A stretch of DNA of 53,808 bases from a virus. The notes under the pieces were generated by a model. It searched no databases, was not told where the DNA came from, and saw only the letters and a list, made by a program, of their open reading frames with translations. A program made the translations under genes and the position numbers. The stretch's first letter is position 1. Every line of letters begins with the position of its first letter. The DNA lies in IMG/VR virus record IMGVR_UViG_3300037419_000815. One strand, given 5' to 3'. This document shows positions 42,644-50,069 of the stretch, piece by piece.

Positions 42644-43075
42644 TCACGCTTGACTGCATCGAAACCGGCCATTGTGTGCGGCTATGTGATGCCGCTTGCA
42701 GAGCCACGTCACATCAAGCGGGGCGCTATAATCGCGATGGTGTCCCTCAACGCGATCGGCACCACAAACTTCACACGGTGCGCGAACGAGTGTCCCGCGT
42801 CGAATAGCGTTGCGCATGGCAAGATGTGCAGCATGTTTTTGTGGGTTAGCAGCACGGTACCGTCGTTTTCGGCCTGTGTTATCCCAGATGCCGCCACGCC
42901 AATTGTTATTAGCACTCCCCTTTTGGTCGCGAGTGGCAGCAGCCAAAGATGACGCGCAACTTATCGAACAGCACTTACCTCGCCCGCGTTTTACCTCGGT
43001 AAGAACAGCCATAAACGTATGACCGCACGCTATGCATATGGCTGCAGTTTTAGTTCTGTTCGGTTTCTTTCGCAT
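42644..43075 (-). CDS. HNH homing endonuclease (free-standing), opposite strand within the lysis region
   Basis: 'CEVCGADRVEGHHRDYSAPLDVTWLCKRHHIAAH'. N-terminal Cys clusters. AT-richer than the flanks. Confidence 0.8.
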   Translation of the reverse strand: MRKKPNRTKTAAICIACGHTFMAVLTEVKRGRGKCCSISCASSLAAATRDQKGSANNNWRGGIWDNTGRKRRYRAANPQKHAAHLAMRNAIRRGTLVRAPCEVCGADRVEGHHRDYSAPLDVTWLCKRHHIAAHNGRFRCSQA

Positions 43076-43084
43076 CTAAGTCCA

Positions 43085-43118
43085 CGCCGCCGCACGCTCA
43101 CGCCTTTCTGTAGCACAG
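43085..43118. repeat. right copy of the direct repeat flanking the HNH insertion
   Basis: See 42590-42622. Confidence 0.7.
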
Positions 43119-43165
43119 CCGTAGCCGGGACGGAATCCCGGCATCCCCAACAAAGGACCTATCCC

Positions 43166-43513
43166 ATGATCCGCTACGCACTCGCGGGCTTGCTCGCGCT
43201 CGCCTCTCTCACTGCCTGCAATCTGACGCCGGAACAGGCGGCAAGCACCGCCGCCGCTCTCTGCCAGACGGCTCAGATCATGCAGCCCTTCGTGGCGAAG
43301 GTGAAATCGGACAAGGTGTCGACGTTCAACACGGCGGTCGCCGACTACTGCTCGCCGGATTCGCCGACCTATACGCCTGCGGCTGCCGCTGCCCTGGCGA
43401 CTGCCTTGCAGGGCATCATGCCTGTGGTGAAGCAGAACCCGGTGGCCCTCACCGCCTTCCGCAGCACCCCAGCCTACGCGCTGGCGCGGTCCTACGGCTG
43501 GCAGGGGCTGTGA
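43166..43513 (+). CDS. lipoprotein (possible o-spanin-like or exclusion lipoprotein)
   Basis: Signal peptide plus lipobox 'LALASLTAC'. AAAGGA Shine-Dalgarno. Confidence 0.6.
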   Translation: MIRYALAGLLALASLTACNLTPEQAASTAAALCQTAQIMQPFVAKVKSDKVSTFNTAVADYCSPDSPTYTPAAAAALATALQGIMPVVKQNPVALTAFRSTPAYALARSYGWQGL

Positions 43514-43520
43514 GGTCGCC

Positions 43521-43709
43521 ATGCAGATGACCGCATCGAAAGCCTGGGCGGCGTTCCTCACGGCCGCTGCCGGCCTCGCCGCCATCTACGGCGTCAAGAT
43601 CGCGCTGCCCGACCAGACCACGCTGGAGACGATCCTGAACGCTCTCCTGCCCATCGTGACGGCCGGCGTGACGTACTTCGTCCCGAACAAGCCGCTGCCA
43701 CCTGCATAG
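43521..43709 (+). CDS. small membrane protein (holin candidate)
   Basis: GAGG Shine-Dalgarno. Hydrophobic segments 'AWAAFLTAAAGLAAIYGV' and 'LLPIVTAGVTYFV'. Confidence 0.5.
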   Translation: MQMTASKAWAAFLTAAAGLAAIYGVKIALPDQTTLETILNALLPIVTAGVTYFVPNKPLPPA

Positions 43710-43718
43710 GAGGTACCC

Positions 43719-43931
43719 ATGGTCGAAGCTCTGCTGATCCTCGTCATCAAGCTCTGCGTGATCGGGTTCCTGGCATGGCTCATTCTGTGGGCCATCGGGC
43801 AGATTCCCATGCCGGAGCCTCTGCCGCAGGTTATCCGCGTCATCGTCGTCGTGGTCCTCGTCCTCATCGCAGTGCTCATGGTCTTGCCCCTCTTGGGCAT
43901 TTCCAGCGGGCCGCCGCTCCACCTCGGCTGA
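43719..43931 (+). CDS. 2-TM small membrane protein (holin/antiholin candidate)
   Basis: AGGAGG Shine-Dalgarno. 'LLILVIKLCVIGFLAWLILWAIG' and 'VIVVVVLVLIAVLMVLPLLGI'. Confidence 0.55.
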   Translation: MVEALLILVIKLCVIGFLAWLILWAIGQIPMPEPLPQVIRVIVVVVLVLIAVLMVLPLLGISSGPPLHLG

Positions 43932-44106
43932 ACAAGCGGACCGGCGGCGACGCGGCAAACGCCTCCGCCGGTCCTACCACCACCAACCCCGAAGCGGCTG
44001 GAGATGGCTCCCATGAGCGTGCGCCTGAAAGTCTTGTGAACTTGTTACCTCCGACACACCGATTGAGGACAACCGAGGCAGCCATGCTGGATGTTGGGAC
44101 ATTGGA

Positions 44107-44322
44107 ATGGACGCAATCATCACCAAGATCGGGGACCTTCTCATCAGCCAAGGTCTGTCCGGCGCCATCCTTTTGGTCGCAGGCTACACCATCCGCAGGC
44201 TCTTTGAGCTCTACCGGGAGTCCTTGGAAGCGCGCATTAAGGAAAGCAAGGAAATCGTGAAGGCGTTGGAGGATTCAACGACTGCGTACAAGGCGTTGGC
44301 GGATGCTATCAGGAACCGCTGA
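44107..44322 (+). CDS. N-terminal-TM coiled-coil protein (i-spanin-like candidate)
   Basis: 'LISQGLSGAILLVAGYTI', then a helical charged tail. Confidence 0.45.
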   Translation: MDAIITKIGDLLISQGLSGAILLVAGYTIRRLFELYRESLEARIKESKEIVKALEDSTTAYKALADAIRNR

Positions 44323-44335
44323 GAACGAGGATGCG

Positions 44336-44551
44336 ATGGGCATTGTCCGCCAGATCCTGCAGATCCTCGCGAGTACGGAGCGTGAGCATCGGCGCATCCA
44401 GACCGAAAATTCGACATCCGCCCGCGTCCAGCGCGCCGTCGCCGAACATCGTACCGCTAGCCGAGAGCTTGAGCAGACGGTTCGCGAATTGCTGGCCGAG
44501 AACGACCGGCTACGCCGAGACGCAGGAGGCGACCGTGCTCCGCAAGGTTGA
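44336..44551 (+). CDS. hypothetical coiled-coil protein (71 aa)
   Basis: GAGG Shine-Dalgarno 5 nt upstream. Internal ATG of ORF 44303..44551. Confidence 0.45.
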   Translation: MGIVRQILQILASTEREHRRIQTENSTSARVQRAVAEHRTASRELEQTVRELLAENDRLRRDAGGDRAPQG

Positions 44552-45041
44552 TCGCGGCTGGCGATTTATAAGCGTCGTGCTGGCGCTCGCGCTGGCGTTC
44601 CTGCTGCTCTGGAACGTCGTCCCGACCAATATCCTGATCCAAGTCCTGAATGGGGTGTTCTTCGGGACGTTCATCTCGATCGTCGGCGCCTACGGGCCGC
44701 TTCTGCTGCGGACATTTTTCGGCGATGGGTACTACGACCGGACCTTCCACTATTCGACGAGCGTGGCGATGCAGTGGACGGCGATGCTGGCCGCGCGTGC
44801 CACATCTGTCTGGTTTCGTGTCATCGACGAGAGCAATGCCATCAACGACAACATCGTGGTGGCCGGCATCGCCTATCTGTCGCTGGTCGCCATCATCTGG
44901 CAGAGCCTTGTGCTTACTGAGGATGAGCCGCACGACCGGCATGTTCTGATCGGCGCCACGGCGGCGGGCGGCGTGGTAGCGGTCGCGTTGATCATCCTGC
45001 AGTCCTACGGCTCTGCCTTATGGGCGATGCTCTCGCCCTGA
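44535..45041 (+). CDS. multi-pass membrane protein (168 aa, GTG start)
   Basis: AGGAGG Shine-Dalgarno 5 nt upstream of the GTG. At least 4 hydrophobic helices. Last plus-strand gene. Confidence 0.55.
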   Translation: MLRKVDRGWRFISVVLALALAFLLLWNVVPTNILIQVLNGVFFGTFISIVGAYGPLLLRTFFGDGYYDRTFHYSTSVAMQWTAMLAARATSVWFRVIDESNAINDNIVVAGIAYLSLVAIIWQSLVLTEDEPHDRHVLIGATAAGGVVAVALIILQSYGSALWAMLSP

Positions 45042-45350
45042 TCATCGCGATGCTGATTTACCGACTAGCCAAGGATGCGAGACATATTCCGTTACACCAG
45101 TGTGCTCGCCCCGAATGCGAACCCTCCAACGTTGCACTCGATCGTGATCGATATAGCCGTCTTCGATCTCAATCTCGGCGACGGGAAACGGATGAGACCT
45201 CTCTGGTGAAATATCCGGCCGCCAAAATGTCGTCATTGGCACTCGGATCGGCACATTGATCTTCTGACCGCGGCTGAAATCCCAGCTTGCCGGAACATCA
45301 GCAATCGCACGATCGATCATTTCCTGCGTGATCTCCATCCTCTCCTCCAT
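45042..45350 (-). CDS. hypothetical protein (102 aa; alternative start at 45338 with GGAGGAGAGG Shine-Dalgarno)
   Basis: ORF track. AT-richer segment. Divergent from 45367..45732. Confidence 0.5.
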   Translation of the reverse strand: MEERMEITQEMIDRAIADVPASWDFSRGQKINVPIRVPMTTFWRPDISPERSHPFPVAEIEIEDGYIDHDRVQRWRVRIRGEHTGVTEYVSHPWLVGKSASR

Positions 45351-45366
45351 CCTCGGACCATATCAC

Positions 45367-45732
45367 ATGTTGAATCGCCGTCGCGTCGTGGCGACCATTT
45401 GGGCGCTCACCATTGGCGCCGTGCTCTCACTCACGCTCGCCCTGCTGACGGCGCCGGCATATCCGCACCAGGCGCCGACTGGCTGGAGCTACGATGCACC
45501 ATGCTGCTCGGGGACGGATTGCCACCCTATTCCCGAGACCGACGTCCAGTTGCAGCCAGACGGCTCCTATATGGTGCTGGCGACGCGGGAAATCTTCATG
45601 CCGCCGGGCAGACCGACTGTGCTGCCGATCAGAAACTGGCGGTGGAGCAAGGACCAGAGCTTTCATCGGTGCAATCCGCCGACTGGCGGCGGGTATTCGT
45701 ACTGTCTCTATGTGCCGCAACCCTCGATTTGA
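45367..45732 (+). CDS. secreted Cys-rich protein (121 aa)
   Basis: Signal peptide 'RRRVVATIWALTIGAVLSLTLALLTAPAYP'. 'CCSGTDCHP', plus two more Cys. Confidence 0.55.
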   Translation: MLNRRRVVATIWALTIGAVLSLTLALLTAPAYPHQAPTGWSYDAPCCSGTDCHPIPETDVQLQPDGSYMVLATREIFMPPGRPTVLPIRNWRWSKDQSFHRCNPPTGGGYSYCLYVPQPSI

Positions 45733-45771
45733 GCGGATGCGCCGCGAAGCGCTGGACGAGGGCGGCGTGCA

Positions 45772-45993
45772 TTAGGCGTGTGCCCCGATAAGAACCTTGC
45801 GGCCATCCGGCAGAGGATGCTCGGAGACATCGCAACAGCCGAATGACGATCCGCTCTCCAGCCACGGAATCCAGGCGCCAGCCATCGCGGCCGGCAGCAC
45901 GGCGATCCAGTCTTCATCGCCACCATGCTCTGACAGATTTCTATATTCCTCGGGCGCGTCATGAAAGCGCCAAATCAGAATTGGTTCGCTCAT
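45772..45993 (-). CDS. hypothetical protein (73 aa)
   Basis: ORF track. Confidence 0.5.
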   Translation of the reverse strand: MSEPILIWRFHDAPEEYRNLSEHGGDEDWIAVLPAAMAGAWIPWLESGSSFGCCDVSEHPLPDGRKVLIGAHA

Positions 45994-46011
45994 CCTACCC
46001 CTCCACCTCGA

Positions 46012-46383
46012 TCACCTTGACGCCAGCCGCACGGGCAGTTCCAGCGCTTCCATCGCGCGCCGAAAATCACCAGCCACCACCTCCGCATGGCCGCCGTAAC
46101 TGCCCGTCGCCACGTCGAACACCCTATCGTCTCGCCATCCCGCATATCCGAGTGAATCGCTCCGCGTGACGCGCGCCCATTCGGCGAAGGGTTTCAGTGC
46201 TTCGCGTAGCCGGGCGTTCTCCTCGACCAAATCGCGACCTGCGGTTTGCGGCGAGATACGCAGCGCCTCCATGGCCTCATAGACCATCGTTGCCAGTTTG
46301 GGCGGATTGCCGCCATAATATTGATATTTGGTCTTGATCACTTCGCCGCCGGCTTCGGCCATCGCTGGGCTGATATCGCTCAC
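46012..46383 (-). CDS. hypothetical protein (123 aa, GTG start)
   Basis: GTGA overlap with the upstream gene. Confidence 0.55.
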   Translation of the reverse strand: MSDISPAMAEAGGEVIKTKYQYYGGNPPKLATMVYEAMEALRISPQTAGRDLVEENARLREALKPFAEWARVTRSDSLGYAGWRDDRVFDVATGSYGGHAEVVAGDFRRAMEALELPVRLASR

Positions 46384-46664
46384 GTCGCCTTCTCCTTCTC
46401 TTCCTCGGGCAGCAGAGCGCGGATTTCTTCGACAACTTCTGAAAGGGCACCCTCTGCCTCACGATACAGTGCCGCTTCTGCATACTGGCGATGCTTCTCA
46501 GCTATGGCTTCCGCCCGCTCCACCACGACGCGGGCGACGGCGAGGACGATGCGCTTCTCATTCGGCAGGTCGTCCGATTCTTTGCGCCATCGTAAGAATG
46601 CCTCATCGCCATGGAAGCCATCGGACTCGGCCCAAGCTCTCAGCAGATCCTCAACGGTCAGCAT
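46380..46664 (-). CDS. hypothetical protein (94 aa)
   Basis: Internal ATG (MLTVEDLL) of ORF 46380..46742. Confidence 0.5.
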   Translation of the reverse strand: MLTVEDLLRAWAESDGFHGDEAFLRWRKESDDLPNEKRIVLAVARVVVERAEAIAEKHRQYAEAALYREAEGALSEVVEEIRALLPEEEKEKAT

Positions 46665-46860
46665 CGGTAGCCTTCTTCTCCTCGATCGCCGGCACTGGCG
46701 CGGCTCGCTGCATGGCGTCCCAGAGCAGGATGGCCCATTCACGAGCGCGAGCTACACGATCGCTCCGCCGATCATCTCGTAGCATTACGGATACAGCCGC
46801 CTCTATCATCTCCTCCGTCGCGCCCTTCGGCATGGTCTTCCACGATGTGGGCTCAGGCAT
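46651..46860 (-). CDS. hypothetical protein (69 aa)
   Basis: ORF track. Overlaps its neighbours by 8-14 nt. Confidence 0.5.
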   Translation of the reverse strand: MPEPTSWKTMPKGATEEMIEAAVSVMLRDDRRSDRVARAREWAILLWDAMQRAAPVPAIEEKKATDADR

Positions 46861-47194
46861 CTGGCGCGGCTCCGGTGAGGGTGAGGATAACAGTCTCGAT
46901 GCCAGCGGCGACGGCTTGAGCCGTGCGCAATTCCTGCGCGGTCATCTCGCCGGCCGCCAGTTTGATGTTGCTGGGTTGCCGCCAAGAGGCCGCCACTTCT
47001 GCGCACGCCTTCCCGATCAGGGCGAGGGCGGCGTCTGCGACCTCGTAGGCGTCCTGCACACTTGCATTGTGCACCAAGATGCCGCGATTGAACGCAATAA
47101 AGCTGCGTTCCATGAACTCGTCGTCTAGATGAGGATATCGCTTACGGTGGACGGCCCTCGCCGTCGCCTCGCGCAATTCCTGCGGCGTCATCAT
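46853..47194 (-). CDS. hypothetical protein (113 aa)
   Basis: ORF track. Confidence 0.55.
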   Translation of the reverse strand: MMTPQELREATARAVHRKRYPHLDDEFMERSFIAFNRGILVHNASVQDAYEVADAALALIGKACAEVAASWRQPSNIKLAAGEMTAQELRTAQAVAAGIETVILTLTGAAPDA

Positions 47195-47195
47195 C

Positions 47196-47321
47196 CTACC
47201 GCCTCGTCGAGTGTGTCGACCAGTCCGCGACTTGCAGGCGCAGGGATTCGATCTGCGCCGCCAGCGCTTCCTGCATGGCCTGGATCGCGGCGATCAGTTG
47301 TGCAAGCTGTTCATCACTCAT
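47196..47321 (-). CDS. possible small coiled-coil ORF (41 aa)
   Basis: 'MSDEQLAQLIAAIQAMQEALAAQIESLRLQV...'. ATGAGTGA overlap with the upstream stop. Its own stop lies 1 nt before the next ATG. Below the ORF-track cutoff. Confidence 0.4.
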   Translation of the reverse strand: MSDEQLAQLIAAIQAMQEALAAQIESLRLQVADWSTHSTRR

Positions 47322-48342
47322 TGGTCATCTCCTTTTCCATTTTCACCCGGCGCACAAGGTCTGCGATGACGTCCTCGCCCCAACTCGACGAGACGCAGCC
47401 CATCCGGACGAGCATGAGGCGCGCCTCGTCGCGCTGGGCCATGAGGTTGGCGATGTACGCTTGCACCGATGCCTTGGCCGCATCTTGCAGGTCGGCCAAC
47501 GCCTCCATCTTGCTGGCACCGTCCTCGATGAACTTGTTCGCCTCCGCAAGCTCCCTCCGCGCCTCGTCCAACTGCGCGGCGAGGGCGTCGCGCTCGACCT
47601 CAACCTCGGCGAGGTGCGCCAAGGCCGGCCCCTCTTCGGCGAGCATCCTCCGCGCCTCGTCGCATTCGGCCTGCGCAATTAATAATTGACTATTTGCGCT
47701 GTCGCGGGCGGCTCGCATCTGCAACCACGGCTCAATGCCGGCGATGGTTTCCTGGATCGCGGTCTCGCGGGCCGTCCTTGCCTCCTCTGCCAGCGCGGCG
47801 ATGGTGGTGGCGGCTTCGTCCAACCAACGCTTGATCGTCTCGCGGTGCTGGTGCCAAAACTTCGCCTCGAGCCCCTTTGCTTCGGCGAGCTTTTCGAGGA
47901 TGTCGGAAACATCCTTCCGCACCGGCCGCAGCGCCGCCGCTTCCGAGGGGCCAAGCGCGTTGAAGCCTCGCACGAACCGTTCGGCCAACGCGTTCTGCTG
48001 GTCGATGTCACCGCAGCCGATCAGAGTGAAGTACGGCAGCGGGCCGTCTGGTTCCTTTGGTGAGATTAACGCGTTACCGGCGCCGTCTTCGGCCGGAGAA
48101 AAATCAAGGTACACGGTGTTGTCGCCCGGCGCCGCTTCTGAGGGGCGGGGGAGGGCGGCAAGCCTGTCTCGTTCTGCGATGATCGGGGCGATGTGGTGGT
48201 CGTAAAGCTGGCTCATTTGGCCGCGCAGGAATTTGCGGTCATCCTCATGGAGCAAGCCGAAGTCGTGCCGCCACGTGAGGCACATTGCGCGGACCATAGC
48301 GTCTTCGTCGGCCTCCACGGCCGCGGCGGGAAGGTCGCTCAT
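47314..48342 (-). CDS. coiled-coil protein (342 aa), function unknown
   Basis: Start at MSDLPAAA (ATGA overlap with 48339..48659). The C-terminal ~200 aa are Ala/Glu/Arg-rich heptad-like. Confidence 0.6.
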   Translation of the reverse strand: MSDLPAAAVEADEDAMVRAMCLTWRHDFGLLHEDDRKFLRGQMSQLYDHHIAPIIAERDRLAALPRPSEAAPGDNTVYLDFSPAEDGAGNALISPKEPDGPLPYFTLIGCGDIDQQNALAERFVRGFNALGPSEAAALRPVRKDVSDILEKLAEAKGLEAKFWHQHRETIKRWLDEAATTIAALAEEARTARETAIQETIAGIEPWLQMRAARDSANSQLLIAQAECDEARRMLAEEGPALAHLAEVEVERDALAAQLDEARRELAEANKFIEDGASKMEALADLQDAAKASVQAYIANLMAQRDEARLMLVRMGCVSSSWGEDVIADLVRRVKMEKEMTNE

Positions 48343-48659
48343 GGGCGGTCGCTCCGTTTCGTCCAGCGCCACAGTTCCTCGCACCGATCTTCGCGCTCGG
48401 TCGGTACGCACTCGCGCATGAAGGCGGCGTGCTGGCTGCGCTCGTTCTTGGCACGCTCGTTCTCTGGATACACGGCGAGCCAGACGAGGCCAGCTATAAC
48501 AGCGAGGGCAGATATGAGGCCGAGACCGTAGAGCATGCCAATCGCGATCTCATCCTGCTTCGCATGGTACGCCCTGAGCTGCGCCTTCATTTCATCGTAG
48601 CGCTTGTGGACTTCGGGCGAACTGCCGGGCGGCGGAGGTGGCGGAGAATAACGGGGCAT
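48339..48659 (-). CDS. single-pass membrane protein (106 aa), first gene past attP
   Basis: GGGAGGGGG Shine-Dalgarno. 'MPRYSPPPPPPG'. TM 'IAIGMLYGLGLISALAVIAGLVWLAVY'. The longer ORF to 48959 crosses the tRNA fragment and was rejected. Confidence 0.6.
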   Translation of the reverse strand: MPRYSPPPPPPGSSPEVHKRYDEMKAQLRAYHAKQDEIAIGMLYGLGLISALAVIAGLVWLAVYPENERAKNERSQHAAFMRECVPTEREDRCEELWRWTKRSDRP

Positions 48660-48793
48660 CACCCCCTCCCGCAGCCAGAGAGCGGGGCGGGCGTGAACGG
48701 GCGGGGAACATCGCTTCCCCACTTTTCCCCCACTTCGAAGTGGGTGTTCACGTTCTGTGGTGGTTGCTGACGGGCCTCTATGGAGGCGTTCCC

Positions 48794-48850
48794 TGGAGCG
48801 GGCGAAGGGATTCGAACCCTCGACCCCAACCTTGGCAAGGTTGTTTCTCT
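48794..48850 (-). other. attP core: anticodon arm through CCA end of a tRNA-Gly(GCC) (3' fragment, not a full tRNA gene)
   Basis: Minus strand reads 'CAACC-TTGCCAA-GGTTG GGGTC GAGGG-TTCGAAT-CCCTT CGCCCGC T CCA'. No acceptor 5' strand or D-arm is present. Lies 3 nt downstream of the int stop. Confidence 0.8.
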
Positions 48851-48852
48851 GG

Positions 48853-49908
48853 TCATGCGTTACGCCTTGTTTTTGCTGCGAAATTGCCGATACCAGATTT
48901 GCCGCTTCCCGTCTTTCTGCCCACTTCGAGCGTGGGAAGCTCGTTGATCGAGGCGGCATTGTGCGACTGGTTCACGTGTGTGTAGCGCTGCACCATGTCG
49001 AGCGATTTCCAGCCGCCGAGCTCCATCAGCCGGGCGATGTCGCGGTGCTCTTGGTAGAACCAGGTCGCCCATGTGTGGCGCAGAGTATGCGGCGACGCGC
49101 CCTTGATTTTGGCTCGCCGGCAGGCGCCGTTGAATGCCGTCTTGATCTGGCCGCCGCCATCCTCCTTCTCGGGATAGGGCTTGCCATCAGGCTTACGGAA
49201 CACGGCTCCGGTGCGGTGCGGCAGGTTCGCCAGCGTGGCGACTGCGATACGATGGAGGGGCACGCCGCGGTCGTCGCCGTTCTTCGTGTCGAGGAACATG
49301 ACATGGGCGCGCACGAGGTCGACGTCATCCCAATCCAGATAGAGCGCTTCCGACAATCGCGCGCCAGTGTAAAGGATGAACGTCACCAGCGGCGCCAAGT
49401 GCTCGGAACAGGCATCGATAAGCCTCTGCGCCTCCGCCGTCGTCAGCCAGCGCGTCTTTCCCTTCGGCTGCTCCGGCCGCTCGATCGGCTTCACCTCGCA
49501 CCAGCCGCGTGCCGCAGCGTGCTTGAGCACGGCCGATATGGGCGTGTGGATCTGGCGATTGATCGTGCTCGCCGACGCCTTCGGCTTGAGCAGCTTGGCC
49601 GCGCGATCAATCGCGGCTTGGTTGATCGTCGCCAGCTTCTCTGTGCCGAAGTGCTCGATCAGCCGCGACAAATACCTACCCTCCCCGCCCTGCTCCAGAT
49701 AGCTCAAGGCCGCGCTGGCGAAAGTCGCGGTAGAGGAACGACCGTGGATTGACTCGTCGAGGAGTTCCGCTTCGCGCCGCGCCCGGATTTCTTCCGCTTT
49801 TGCGCGGCTGCTAGTGCCAGCGCTTTCGTCAACGCGGATGCCCCGGACGGTGCCGCGTAGGTAGAGGTTCGGGGAGCCGTGTCGTCCTTTGACAACCTTG
49901 AGCGGCAT
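48853..49908 (-). CDS. int: tyrosine integrase
   Basis: 'MPLKVVKGRHGSPNLYLRGTVRGIRV...' N-terminus. Catalytic region 'HTLRHTWATW...LGGWKSLDMVQRYTHV'. Confidence 0.9.
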   Translation of the reverse strand: MPLKVVKGRHGSPNLYLRGTVRGIRVDESAGTSSRAKAEEIRARREAELLDESIHGRSSTATFASAALSYLEQGGEGRYLSRLIEHFGTEKLATINQAAIDRAAKLLKPKASASTINRQIHTPISAVLKHAAARGWCEVKPIERPEQPKGKTRWLTTAEAQRLIDACSEHLAPLVTFILYTGARLSEALYLDWDDVDLVRAHVMFLDTKNGDDRGVPLHRIAVATLANLPHRTGAVFRKPDGKPYPEKEDGGGQIKTAFNGACRRAKIKGASPHTLRHTWATWFYQEHRDIARLMELGGWKSLDMVQRYTHVNQSHNAASINELPTLEVGRKTGSGKSGIGNFAAKTRRNA

Positions 49909-50069
49909 TTCAGAGCCTCACGGATCGCCGAGATGTCCTCGGGCATGAAACGATATTCCCGGCCGACGCGGTAGCCGTAGCCGGGGTTTTCTGTCAGCCA
50001 TTCGGCGAACCACGTCAGCGAGCATCCGAGCGCCGCGCAGGCTTCCTTGCGGGTGAGTGGTGCCGTCAT
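49704..50069 (-). CDS. xis: excisionase/AlpA-like HTH protein; the ORF extends 205 nt into int
   Basis: 'LTRKEACAALGCSLTWFAEWL....GYRVGREYRFMPEDISAI'. No stop codon until 49704. Confidence 0.65.
   Translation of the reverse strand: MTAPLTRKEACAALGCSLTWFAEWLTENPGYGYRVGREYRFMPEDISAIREALKCRSRLSKDDTAPRTSTYAAPSGASALTKALALAAAQKRKKSGRGAKRNSSTSQSTVVPLPRLSPARP

Noticed and set aside
48659-48856. 65-aa ORF 'MTRETTLPRLGSRVRIPSPAP...', and the possibility of a full tRNA gene here
   Set aside because: The peptide is the read-through translation of a tRNA T-arm/acceptor sequence. Only the anticodon arm to the CCA end is present, with no D-arm or 5' acceptor strand. It is therefore an attP core, not a tRNA gene or CDS.
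48339-48959. 206-aa minus-strand ORF extending upstream through the attP/tRNA fragment into the int 3' end
   Set aside because: The upstream part simply translates the tRNA-like sequence ('GSNPFARS...') and overlaps int. The internal ATG at 48659, with a strong GGGAGGGGG Shine-Dalgarno sequence, is the plausible start.
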